DNA from: an uncultured bacterium
Lineage (GTDB): Bacteria; Myxococcota_A; UBA796; CAJQPC01
DNA: 64,000 nucleotides
Assembly: GCA_905480105.1 (NCBI GenBank)
Contig: CAJQPC010000081.1
Coordinates: 10,496-74,495 of the forward strand
Direction: 5' to 3'
Numbering within the stretch: the first letter of the stretch is position 1; each line of letters begins with the position of its first letter. This document shows positions 1-7,738 of the stretch, in pieces. A program made the position numbers and the translations under genes. The notes under the pieces were generated by a model. It searched no databases. It was not told where the DNA came from and saw only the letters and a program-made list of their open reading frames with translations.

Positions 1-1
1 C

Positions 2-829
2 TCGTTCGTCTTCGCCGGGCCGACCGGTGTTGGAAAGACCGAGCTTGCCAAGCAGCTGGGCTTCAACATGGGCGTGGAGTTCCTTCGCTTTGACATGTCG
101 GAGTACATGGAGCCACACACCGTCTCTCGTTTGATCGGTTCTCCCCCGGGCTACGTCGGCTACGACGAGGGTGGTCAGCTTACGGACGCGGTCTCCAAGC
201 ACCCGCACTGCATCGTGCTGTTGGATGAGATCGAGAAGGCCCATCCGCGCATCTACAACGTGCTGCTTCAGATCATGGACCACGGTACCTTGACCGATGC
301 CCAGGGTAAAAAGACCGACTTCCGCAACGTTATCCTGGTCATGACCACGAACGCTGGTGCCGAGGAGATGGCCAAGGGCTCGATGGGCTTTGTGGCTGGC
401 CGGGCCAAGGACCGCGGGGAAGAGGCCATGAACAAGGCCTTTAGTCCGGAGTTCCGCAACCGCCTGGACGCAGTGGTTTGGTTCGACCGTCTCCCCCAAA
501 AGGCGATTTTCCGGGTCGTGGACAAGTTTATGATCGAGCTGGAAGAGCAGCTTGGCGAGCGCGAGGTCAGCTTCAAGCTCACCCCAGCCGCCCGCAGCTG
601 GCTGGGAGAGGAAGGCTACGACGAGGCGATGGGTGCTCGCCCCATGGCGCGCACCATTCACAAGCACATCAAGGAGCCCCTCGCTGACGAGATTCTCTTT
701 GGCAAGCTGAAGAACGGTGGGGTGGTCAAGATCGACGTGTCCCAGGACAAGAAGAGCTTGGTGTTCACCTTCCCACCTGCGGAGTTGTCGGACAAGCCCC
801 GCGCCGCCGCGGTCGAGCCAGCTGAGTAG
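2..829 (+). CDS. clpA: ATP-dependent Clp protease ATP-binding subunit ClpA, C-terminal part (5' end lies outside the window)
   Basis: The frame of ORF 68..829 stays open back to nt 2, reading SFVFAGPTGVGKTELAKQLG (Walker A of the D2 AAA+ module). It continues with LRFDMSEYMEPHTVSRLIGSPPGYVGYDEGGQLT and VLLDEIEKAHP (Walker B). It is near-collinear with E. coli ClpA D2 as I recall it. Confidence 0.95.
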   Translation, partial: SFVFAGPTGVGKTELAKQLGFNMGVEFLRFDMSEYMEPHTVSRLIGSPPGYVGYDEGGQLTDAVSKHPHCIVLLDEIEKAHPRIYNVLLQIMDHGTLTDAQGKKTDFRNVILVMTTNAGAEEMAKGSMGFVAGRAKDRGEEAMNKAFSPEFRNRLDAVVWFDRLPQKAIFRVVDKFMIELEEQLGEREVSFKLTPAARSWLGEEGYDEAMGARPMARTIHKHIKEPLADEILFGKLKNGGVVKIDVSQDKKSLVFTFPPAELSDKPRAAAVEPAE

Positions 830-846
830 TTCCTAAAAAGCTTGTC

Positions 847-888
847 ACAGGAGCCTGTCTGCCCACGTAGTGCTGGATAGGCTCCTGT
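847..888 (+). terminator. Hairpin after clpA: 10-bp perfect inverted repeat ACAGGAGCCT / AGGCTCCTGT with a 22-nt loop
   Basis: The inverted repeat was read directly, 18 nt after the clpA stop. It has no T-tract and a long loop, so its role as a terminator or regulatory hairpin is uncertain. Confidence 0.3.
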
Positions 889-901
889 TGATCTGGGGCC
901 G

Positions 902-931
902 TTGACACCCCCTTCATTTCCGCTCTACTCT
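902..931 (+). promoter_or_regulatory. Sigma70-like promoter candidate: TTGACA, 18-nt spacer, TACTCT
   Basis: There is a perfect -35 hexamer at 902-907 and a weak -10 at about 926-931. GGAGG lies at 940-944, upstream of the ATG at 952. This argues for the 952 start rather than the TTG at 931. Confidence 0.3.
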
Positions 932-951
932 TGCGCATTGGAGGCATCCCG

Positions 952-1377
952 ATGACCTTGGTTCTGACCATGCTCTTGGCGTGTACAAGCGATGACTTGG
1001 CGACTGAAAACACCGACACCCAAGATACCCAGCCAGTCCCCGAGGATCTGGACGGGCCTGCCTTCACTCACGAGACGGTCCCCAGTCCGCAACTCGTGGG
1101 AGAAGACATTTTCATCGAGGCTGTCATCACCGACGACACTTCGGTGCTTGTGGCCGCGGTAAAGTTCCGCCGCCAGACCGCTGAGAAGTGGGAAAACGGC
1201 AGCATGGTCCTGGTAGATCCCGACACGGGGCTCTACAAGGGCAAGATTAGCGCATCGGACCAAGGAAGCAGTGGCATGCACTACTACTTCGAGGCCGTTG
1301 ACACCGTTCAAAACGTTTCCGTATGGCCCGAAGCGGCTCCGGAAGAGTTTTTCAAGTTCGACCTGTACGAGGAGTAA
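952..1377 (+). CDS. Hypothetical lipoprotein (141 aa)
   Basis: The N-terminus is MTLVLTMLLAC|TSDD (lipobox). A GGAGG RBS lies 7 nt upstream. It is followed 3 nt later by the next lipoprotein gene. No domain recognised. Confidence 0.6.
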   Translation: MTLVLTMLLACTSDDLATENTDTQDTQPVPEDLDGPAFTHETVPSPQLVGEDIFIEAVITDDTSVLVAAVKFRRQTAEKWENGSMVLVDPDTGLYKGKISASDQGSSGMHYYFEAVDTVQNVSVWPEAAPEEFFKFDLYEE

Positions 1378-1380
1378 GCC

Positions 1381-2442
1381 ATGTTGGTTCTGCTGATGGC
1401 CGCGATGTCGTGTGTCCCTGAGCAAGAGATTCGTTCTTTGAACGATCCGCCCCCGGTCATCCCCACGGCAGCCGACCTGAGCGGTCGGGTCTGCGACCCC
1501 ACTGGATACACCTGGCTGGAGGGAGCACAGGTCTACGCCAACCTCTTCGACGAGGACGGCGCGGTCATGGACGTACGCATGACCACCACCGACGCAGAGG
1601 GCTACTGGACCCTGCTCGATGTGCCGGCTCACTATACGGTGAACGTCTATGTCCAAAAGGGCTCCACCATCATCGAGGAGCACAGCCTTGATCTTGTGGC
1701 CGACCGCCTCAACGAGATCGAGCCCCCAGCGTGTCTGGACCCCAGCACGTTGGACATCATTGTGGTCAGCGGGAACTACGATGACTTTGACCGAGTTCTC
1801 GAGAAGATGGGCATCAATGACTACGCGAGCATTGATGGGAGGGATCTGAACGAGCTTCTTTCCTTCCTCTCCTCGCCCAGCGACATGGCCGAGTACGATC
1901 TGATCTTCTTCAACGGTGGATTCGTCGAGGACGGTGTGATCTACGATCTGGAGGATCCCGACAACCCCGAGGTGGTCGCCGTTCGGGCCAACATCAAGGA
2001 GTTTGTGGCCAACGGCGGCGATATTTACGCCTCCGACTGGGCCTACGACGTGGTCTCCCTGGTGTGGCCCGGCAAGGTGGACTTTGTGGGTGCTGACGCG
2101 ACCCCTGACGCCGCGCAGAAGGGTACCTCTCAGGTGGTCAACGCTGCCGTGAACAACTCGGCTCTGGCCGAGTTCATGGAGATGGAGTCTCCGTACACGC
2201 CCATCGTCTACGACCTTCCAGTCTGGCCGCCCGTGGTAGCAAGCTCGGCCACGGTCTCGAACCACTTGGTGGCCAACGTGGAGTACCGCGAGGGCGAGCT
2301 GGTTCAGAATGTGACCAACAGCCCGCTGCTGTTCTCCTTCAACGGTGGCGGTGGCCGTGTCGTGTACTCCAGCTTTCGCTTGGTCTCCAACGACGACGAT
2401 GACCTGATCAAGGTCATGAAGTACGTGATGTTCGCGCTTTAG
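1381..2442 (+). CDS. Lipoprotein with a carboxypeptidase-regulatory-like beta-sandwich and a GATase1/ThuA-like domain
   Basis: Signal peptide MLVLLMAAMSC|V. LSGRVCDPTGY...DAEGYWTLLDVPAHYTVNVYV matches the CarboxypepD_reg pattern. YDLIFFNGG...GGDIYASDWAYD resembles class-I glutamine-amidotransferase-like folds. Confidence 0.6.
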   Translation: MLVLLMAAMSCVPEQEIRSLNDPPPVIPTAADLSGRVCDPTGYTWLEGAQVYANLFDEDGAVMDVRMTTTDAEGYWTLLDVPAHYTVNVYVQKGSTIIEEHSLDLVADRLNEIEPPACLDPSTLDIIVVSGNYDDFDRVLEKMGINDYASIDGRDLNELLSFLSSPSDMAEYDLIFFNGGFVEDGVIYDLEDPDNPEVVAVRANIKEFVANGGDIYASDWAYDVVSLVWPGKVDFVGADATPDAAQKGTSQVVNAAVNNSALAEFMEMESPYTPIVYDLPVWPPVVASSATVSNHLVANVEYREGELVQNVTNSPLLFSFNGGGGRVVYSSFRLVSNDDDDLIKVMKYVMFAL

Positions 2443-2616
2443 GGTTTGCTACGGCAAAGCAGTGGAGTACTTCGGCCCTTGGGTCTTTAGGGGCACTCGG
2501 CTGTGGCCTGGTAAGGGGGCGTGCCGCAGGCCTTCATTGCCATTTCTGTTTGGTTCGATAACAAAGCTCGGGGTCCCAAGAGCATTCTGGGAGGCCTCCG
2601 TTGCTTTGGAGAAATC

Positions 2617-2937
2617 ATGCAAAGGGTCACCCTCGTAGCCTTGGGTCTGTCCGCGGCCTTGCCCCTCACCGCTTGTGGGGCAGAAGTCGCAGATGCGTGT
2701 GAAAACTACGTCGCGTCCGTCGAGTCTTGCACCCTAGAGTATGCCGACGCTGCCGGGGTGGAGAGCGACGATCTACTGCTCGACGACGCGATCTGCGTGG
2801 ATACCTATGGTGACCTGAAGGATCGAGAGACCGTTGACTATCTGAACTGCTTGGCCGACGCCTACGATGCCGCCGATTGCAGCACTGCTGACGGTTACGC
2901 GGCTGTTGGAACGGACGCTTTAGAATGCGCCCGGTAG
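2617..2937 (+). CDS. Small Cys-rich acidic lipoprotein (106 aa)
   Basis: The internal ATG gives MQRVTLVALGLSAALPLTAC|G, with a GGAGAA RBS 4 nt upstream. The mature part has 7 Cys. The 5' extension of the track ORF (from 2521) has no signal peptide logic. Confidence 0.55.
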   Translation: MQRVTLVALGLSAALPLTACGAEVADACENYVASVESCTLEYADAAGVESDDLLLDDAICVDTYGDLKDRETVDYLNCLADAYDAADCSTADGYAAVGTDALECAR

Positions 2938-3004
2938 GTCACATTCTGCATCCAAGCACGGTCGGGGACAAAGCCCCCCGGTTTACAACAGTCCCGTGCG
3001 TTCT

Positions 3005-4117
3005 CTAAGTCTGCGGTAGCGACAAAGCGGCTTGGATGTCGACCATGAGGGCATCCAAGCGGCCCTTGTTGCTGAGGCCTTCGGGCATGACGATACTGAG
3101 GTGCAGGCCTTGGCCGTCACCCATTAGGCCGACAAATGCTGTGGTGTTTGGACCGCAGGGTGGTATCCAGAAGCAAGTGGTTGGCGAAAACTCAGCGGAA
3201 TGAAGAGTGTTTAGGTCCACTCTCCCCATGTTGGAGAGCACCCCAGTGTTGGGGAACAGGTTCTTCGCTACGTCTGCTCGAGTGCGCTTTCGAAGCAGGC
3301 CCGGAATCGCCCAGTGGGGCACCCAGCGCAGATCTTGGGCCTTCTTGAGCCAGCCGTGTGCTTGCTTGCCTTGGAGTACGCGCTGCAGCTCGCTTTGGAT
3401 TTGGTCCAGGCTGGCGCCAGCATCTATGTCCAGCGACGCGATGCCCGTCAGGTTGGCGGTCGTCTGCACGCCGTCTCGCAGGTCTACAGGCACGTCGAAG
3501 CGCAATGTACGTGGGCTGTGGTGGACTCGCGCGTGCAGGGATATGGCTTGAGCCAGTCTTGGCAGCAGGCGCTGCTGAGGCCCTGGGATGAAGGCGTGTG
3601 CCCAAATGGGTTGGCCTGCTCCCTGATGCTGGCCTGTGGGAGCTGGAAAGCGTCCTTCTGCGTTCAGCGCCAAGCCGGGCTGAAGCCGCCTACGGTCATC
3701 CAAGTCATCTTGGCCGCCCAGCAACGGTTCCCCGCGCCAGGCACGGAAGACCTCCTGGACCATGTGCCAGAGCCCGCGCCCGTCCATAAGGGCATGGTGC
3801 GCGGTGAAGACCAGCGTCGGGCCAGGCGCGACGGAGAGCTGGAAGGGCGCGCGAGGTAGCCAGTCCAGAGGTCCTGGCTGGGGCGCTTGATCCAGGGCCT
3901 GTACCTGGGGGGCATTCCCCTCGGTCCACTTGGGCGACCAGAGGCCCTTGATGAGGCGTGCCGAAGCGCCAGGATTGGACCGGGCAGCTTGGGTCAGCGC
4001 GTCTTGTAGACCATCGATGCCCCCCTCTCCTGGGACCACGATGCTCAGGGCGAAGGGTGCGCCTTCCGGGTCGGCGTTCAGCCAGATGCGCTCTGGCCCA
4101 GACAGGAGCCGAATCAC
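3005..4117 (-). CDS. Condensation-domain-like acyltransferase (HHxxxDG motif)
   Basis: VFTAHHALMDGRGLWH carries the HHxxxDG catalytic motif of the NRPS C-domain / PapA5 / WS-DGAT acyltransferase superfamily. 370 aa. Its start overlaps the upstream gene's stop (ATGA). Confidence 0.6.
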   Translation of the reverse strand: MIRLLSGPERIWLNADPEGAPFALSIVVPGEGGIDGLQDALTQAARSNPGASARLIKGLWSPKWTEGNAPQVQALDQAPQPGPLDWLPRAPFQLSVAPGPTLVFTAHHALMDGRGLWHMVQEVFRAWRGEPLLGGQDDLDDRRRLQPGLALNAEGRFPAPTGQHQGAGQPIWAHAFIPGPQQRLLPRLAQAISLHARVHHSPRTLRFDVPVDLRDGVQTTANLTGIASLDIDAGASLDQIQSELQRVLQGKQAHGWLKKAQDLRWVPHWAIPGLLRKRTRADVAKNLFPNTGVLSNMGRVDLNTLHSAEFSPTTCFWIPPCGPNTTAFVGLMGDGQGLHLSIVMPEGLSNKGRLDALMVDIQAALSLPQT

Positions 4118-5073
4118 GCCCCGGAGTGCATCTCGAAAGTGCTCACAACCGAGCAGTCCCCGTTCAAGCAGCTCTCGATCGTCCAGGTCCCGGGGGCGGC
4201 GCCACGGTCCAGTTCCACCTGGAAGCGCGCGTTGCTGCGGCCCACGTAGCAGCGGCCGGTTGTGGCATCGATGCGTCCGTCACACACCCGGTCATGAATA
4301 CGCAGCTCGCCATTGGCGTCGCGCCACTGCAGGTCCAGGGGCTCGGAGCCCACGTAGTCCCACTGCCAGTAAAGGTAGCCGTCCTCGCCGGTCCATTGAC
4401 GCAAGGTTTCTTGGGTCATGCTCACTGTTGGAGCCGCTTCTGCTGGGGTTCCTGCTGTTGGAGCGAAGGGATCCCCCTGGCTGTCGGGCACGGTGGATTC
4501 CGCCGCTTCCGTGCCGGGGGTCACGGGCTTGGCTTGGACAAGCGGCGAGGTTGGGGTCGGACTCGCCAACGTCGTCAAGGCCACTGGAGTCTTTGGAGGC
4601 GGAGGGGTTTGGTTTGCCCGCCACCAACGCACTCCGACGATGCTGGTCATGAGGAGTATGGCCATCAGGGCGGTGCTGTACTGGAGAATGCGCACCAGAG
4701 ATTTCTGGCGCTCAGTCTCCAGCGCTTCCGCTTTACGGGAAGGGGCACGTAGGCGCCAATCTCGCAGAGCGGCCTCGCTCGGGGAGGGGTCGATATTGCG
4801 GCTGCCCGCAGGCGAAGGGGACGCGGAGACTCCCGGGACGGGCAGGCCCGCTGTGTCCAGGAGCACATAGTCGCGGTTCAGCTCCAGCTCCTCAGTATCT
4901 GCCTCGTTGGTGTCGGCCAGGGACAGGTCTGGGGACTGGGAACTGGGACCTGCAGGGTGGGTCAGGTCATCCAGATCCATTGCCGTGTGTACTTCTGGCT
5001 GCAGAGCCAAGCCGTCGGGCGTGGGTAGGTCCTCGGGGGACATCTCTGGTCTTGACTGGGGCTTATTGGACAT
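4114..5073 (-). CDS. Hypothetical single-pass membrane protein with a Pro-rich linker and a Cys-containing C-terminal domain
   Basis: Acidic N-terminus, one hydrophobic helix (STALMAILLMTSIVGVRWW), a P/T-rich spacer, and a C-terminal approx 110-aa domain with 5 Cys. It is translationally coupled to the acyltransferase. Confidence 0.5.
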   Translation of the reverse strand: MSNKPQSRPEMSPEDLPTPDGLALQPEVHTAMDLDDLTHPAGPSSQSPDLSLADTNEADTEELELNRDYVLLDTAGLPVPGVSASPSPAGSRNIDPSPSEAALRDWRLRAPSRKAEALETERQKSLVRILQYSTALMAILLMTSIVGVRWWRANQTPPPPKTPVALTTLASPTPTSPLVQAKPVTPGTEAAESTVPDSQGDPFAPTAGTPAEAAPTVSMTQETLRQWTGEDGYLYWQWDYVGSEPLDLQWRDANGELRIHDRVCDGRIDATTGRCYVGRSNARFQVELDRGAAPGTWTIESCLNGDCSVVSTFEMHSGA

Positions 5074-5201
5074 CTTCAGCTCCGTACAGCTACAACAGGG
5101 GTCAGAGTAGCAATCGCAACTTTCCGGGTCAACACAATAAGTTAGACATCAATCTAAGAGTCTGCTTCAAGGCTTTAGCTTGACATGTCCAGAGAGGTTT
5201 A

Positions 5202-6701
5202 ATGGCTGCCGCTATCATGGTTCTCGGGACCGCCTCCAGCGTGGGTAAGAGTTGGTTGTGCACTGCGTTGTGCAGGTTGTTGCGCCGTCGGGGGCTTGTC
5301 GTGCGTCCGTTCAAGGCGCAAAACATGTCCAACAATGCGGCGCCGGCGCTGTGTTCCGATGGCAGCTGGGGGGAAATCGGTCGTGCTCAGGCTGCCCAAG
5401 CCGCGGCAGCTGGGGTCACGCCGCATGTGGACATGAATCCCATTCTGCTCAAGCCGGTGGGGCCCATGGGCTCTCAGGTCGTCGTGCTGGGCAAGCCCCT
5501 GGGCCATCTCCAGGCCAAGGCCTACTGGCGGAAGCGAGCCCCTTGGCAGCAGATCGTTCTCGACGCCTACGATCGCTTGGCTGCGGACTGTGATGTGGTT
5601 GTACTTGAGGGGGCCGGCAGTCCTGTGGAGCTCAACCTGATGAGTCGGGACGTGGTGAACTTGCCCATGGCCCGCCATGCCGTCAGCCGGGCGCGTGAAG
5701 GGGGGCAACCTGGCAGTGTTCTCTTGGTTGGAGACATTGACCGGGGTGGGGTCTTCGCTAGCTTGATCGGCTCGGTCAACCTCATGTCGCCGGAAGACCG
5801 TGCCTTGATCTCGGGTCTGGTGGTCAACCGCTTTCGCGGAGATCCTGGGTTGTTCAAGACCGGACCTGGTCTTCTGGAACAGCACTCCGGTGTCCCGGTT
5901 CGGGGTGTACTCCCCTACCGGAAGGACATCTACATCGACGACGAGGACGGGCCGGACCCCTCGAAGTTTGGGCCCGGAGAGATCGATCTCTGTGTGTTGC
6001 GGCTACCCACTGCTTCCAATCTGACGGACCTCACAGCGTTGAGCCATGTCCCCGGTCTGGGTCTGCGGGTGGCGGAGTCTCCTGAGACAGTGGGCAATCC
6101 GGATCTGCTGGTCCTGCCCGGGACCAAGGACACCCTCCAGGCGCTGGCTTGGATGCGCAAAATGGGCTTGGATCGCAGCGTGATTGCGGCCGCCAAGCGT
6201 GGGATCCCGGTGCTCGGGCTGTGCGGTGGTTACCAGATTCTGGGACAGCGCCTCCGGGATCCAGACGGGGTGTCAGGACAGGCCGGTGATGTTCGGGGGC
6301 TTGGACTGCTGCCCGTTGAGACGGTGTTTGGTGCCGAGAAGCGCACACACCCTGCCGAGGGGGTCACCGCAGGAGGATGGCTGCTTCCTCCTGGGATTCC
6401 GGTGAAGGGCTACGAGATTCATCAGGGACGGAGTCAGGTGTTGCAGGCCTGTTCAAGCTTGGTTGAGCTGCCCCATCCCGACGGCGCTTGCCAGGGCTTG
6501 GTTGCCGGAACCTACCTGCACGGGCTGTTGGACACCCCTCGTGTGCGCGACGCCCTTGTACGGGCGCTGCGAGAGCGAAAAGGTCTTCCGGAGAGGCAAG
6601 ATGACGTGGGCGGTGGCCAGCTCAGCCGCGAGGCTGGGTACGAGGCCGCTGCCGATGTCTTGGAGCAGCACTTGGATCTGGAGGGACTGTTGCCCCTCTG
6701 A
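5202..6701 (+). CDS. cobQ: Cobyric acid synthase
   Basis: VLGTASSVGKSWLCTALCRLL, FKAQNMSNNA, NPILLKP, VVVLEGAGSP.ELNL and DIDRGGVF, followed by a C-terminal GATase (LGLCGGYQILG). Collinear with CobQ/CbiP as I recall it. Confidence 0.95.
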   Translation: MAAAIMVLGTASSVGKSWLCTALCRLLRRRGLVVRPFKAQNMSNNAAPALCSDGSWGEIGRAQAAQAAAAGVTPHVDMNPILLKPVGPMGSQVVVLGKPLGHLQAKAYWRKRAPWQQIVLDAYDRLAADCDVVVLEGAGSPVELNLMSRDVVNLPMARHAVSRAREGGQPGSVLLVGDIDRGGVFASLIGSVNLMSPEDRALISGLVVNRFRGDPGLFKTGPGLLEQHSGVPVRGVLPYRKDIYIDDEDGPDPSKFGPGEIDLCVLRLPTASNLTDLTALSHVPGLGLRVAESPETVGNPDLLVLPGTKDTLQALAWMRKMGLDRSVIAAAKRGIPVLGLCGGYQILGQRLRDPDGVSGQAGDVRGLGLLPVETVFGAEKRTHPAEGVTAGGWLLPPGIPVKGYEIHQGRSQVLQACSSLVELPHPDGACQGLVAGTYLHGLLDTPRVRDALVRALRERKGLPERQDDVGGGQLSREAGYEAAADVLEQHLDLEGLLPL

Positions 6702-6724
6702 TCAAAGCGCAGAGCTTCTGTTGA

Positions 6725-7558
6725 TCAACCGGGTGCAGCGCCTATGTCCGCCTCGGGCAGACTTGGATCGCAAAACTGCACGTACCAGCCCTTGTTGGTG
6801 AAACGACTGTCGTCGTCCAGCCAATTGGCGTAGGGCGGCAGGTTGCCGGTCTTTCTGTCGTTACGCTCGGCTTGCACCAGCACTGGGGTGGCCTGGTTGG
6901 TGTCGACACATTCGATGAACTTGCTTTGCACATCGGACTTGTTCAGGGCCTCGGCCACGGCATCGTGGCACTTTTCGTGGCGTTTGCGCGAGCCGCGGTC
7001 GCAGATGTTCACATTGGCTTGGGCAGCGAAAGTCGTCCAGAGGTTCTGGTGCGATTCGGCCTTGAACTTGTCGCCGCGCTCCTTCTGCTTCTGGGTCGCC
7101 TTGATCTGCTGCTCTAGCGCGACCACGGTCTGCTTGAGCTCCACGAGTAGGTCGTCTCGCTCGACGAGGGCGCCCTGAAGCTCGGTCTCCAAAGTAGCGA
7201 CCTCGGCCTCTAAGGCCTCGACCTTCTTCTTCATTTCCATCCAAGCTGCGCCTGCGGAAGCCTTTTTAGCCTGGGCCTCTTTTTGAAGTGTAGACAGCTC
7301 GGACTCGCGGGCATCCAGGCGAGACTGCAGGTCAGTCACCTTTTCTTGCGCGGTGCCGAGCGACGCCCTCTCGTCCTTTACCTCTTCCTCGCAAAAGGCT
7401 GCGATCTCCTCGGCTGTCAGGTGTTCTTTGATGACCATTGGCTCGGAAAGGATGACCTCCACCGGATCCGAGAGGAAGCTGTGCAGGGCGTAGCCCGCTC
7501 CGACTCCAAGGATCAAACCACCGATCAGTCCGCCAGTCAGGGACAAGGTGTTGCTCAT
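6725..7558 (-). CDS. Membrane-anchored coiled-coil protein (hypothetical)
   Basis: The ATG at 7558 has GGAG 8 nt upstream. The track start at 7570 is a TTG. It has an N-terminal TM (LTGGLIGGLILGVGAGYAL), a long heptad-like E/K/A/L region, and a C-terminal Cys-containing domain. Confidence 0.6.
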   Translation of the reverse strand: MSNTLSLTGGLIGGLILGVGAGYALHSFLSDPVEVILSEPMVIKEHLTAEEIAAFCEEEVKDERASLGTAQEKVTDLQSRLDARESELSTLQKEAQAKKASAGAAWMEMKKKVEALEAEVATLETELQGALVERDDLLVELKQTVVALEQQIKATQKQKERGDKFKAESHQNLWTTFAAQANVNICDRGSRKRHEKCHDAVAEALNKSDVQSKFIECVDTNQATPVLVQAERNDRKTGNLPPYANWLDDDSRFTNKGWYVQFCDPSLPEADIGAAPG

Positions 7559-7738
7559 AAATAACTCCAAGAAGCGAGAGACTTGGGCAGGCTAACGCGG
7601 GGGGGCCTGGTCTGGTTTTCTGATTGGCGGCTCAGGTCCCCCATTTATAGACAAGTTCGTCTGTCACACCGTGGGCAGACCCGTCGTAGCTTGTGTTAGT
7701 TTTGAGCACATTGCCGCCCAAGCCCAGAGATTACGTTT

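Noticed and set aside
925-2265. 446-aa ORF on the minus strand
   Set aside because: It is antisense to two well-supported lipoprotein genes (952-1377, 1381-2442). Its composition is Arg/Gly/Val/His-rich with no motifs, as expected of a shadow ORF in high-GC DNA.
3930-4752. Plus-strand ORFs 3930-4652 and 3958-4752 (240 and 264 aa)
   Set aside because: These are two mutually overlapping frames antisense to the coupled minus-strand pair. Ser/Arg/Pro-rich with no support.
5074-5201. Possible cobalamin riboswitch upstream of cobQ
   Set aside because: Only about 128 nt are available, shared with a divergent gene. I cannot find the B12-box core (GCCACTG-like) or the expected conserved stems.
5199-5885. 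228-aa minus-strand ORF inside cobQ
   Set aside because: CobQ homology on the plus strand is unambiguous.
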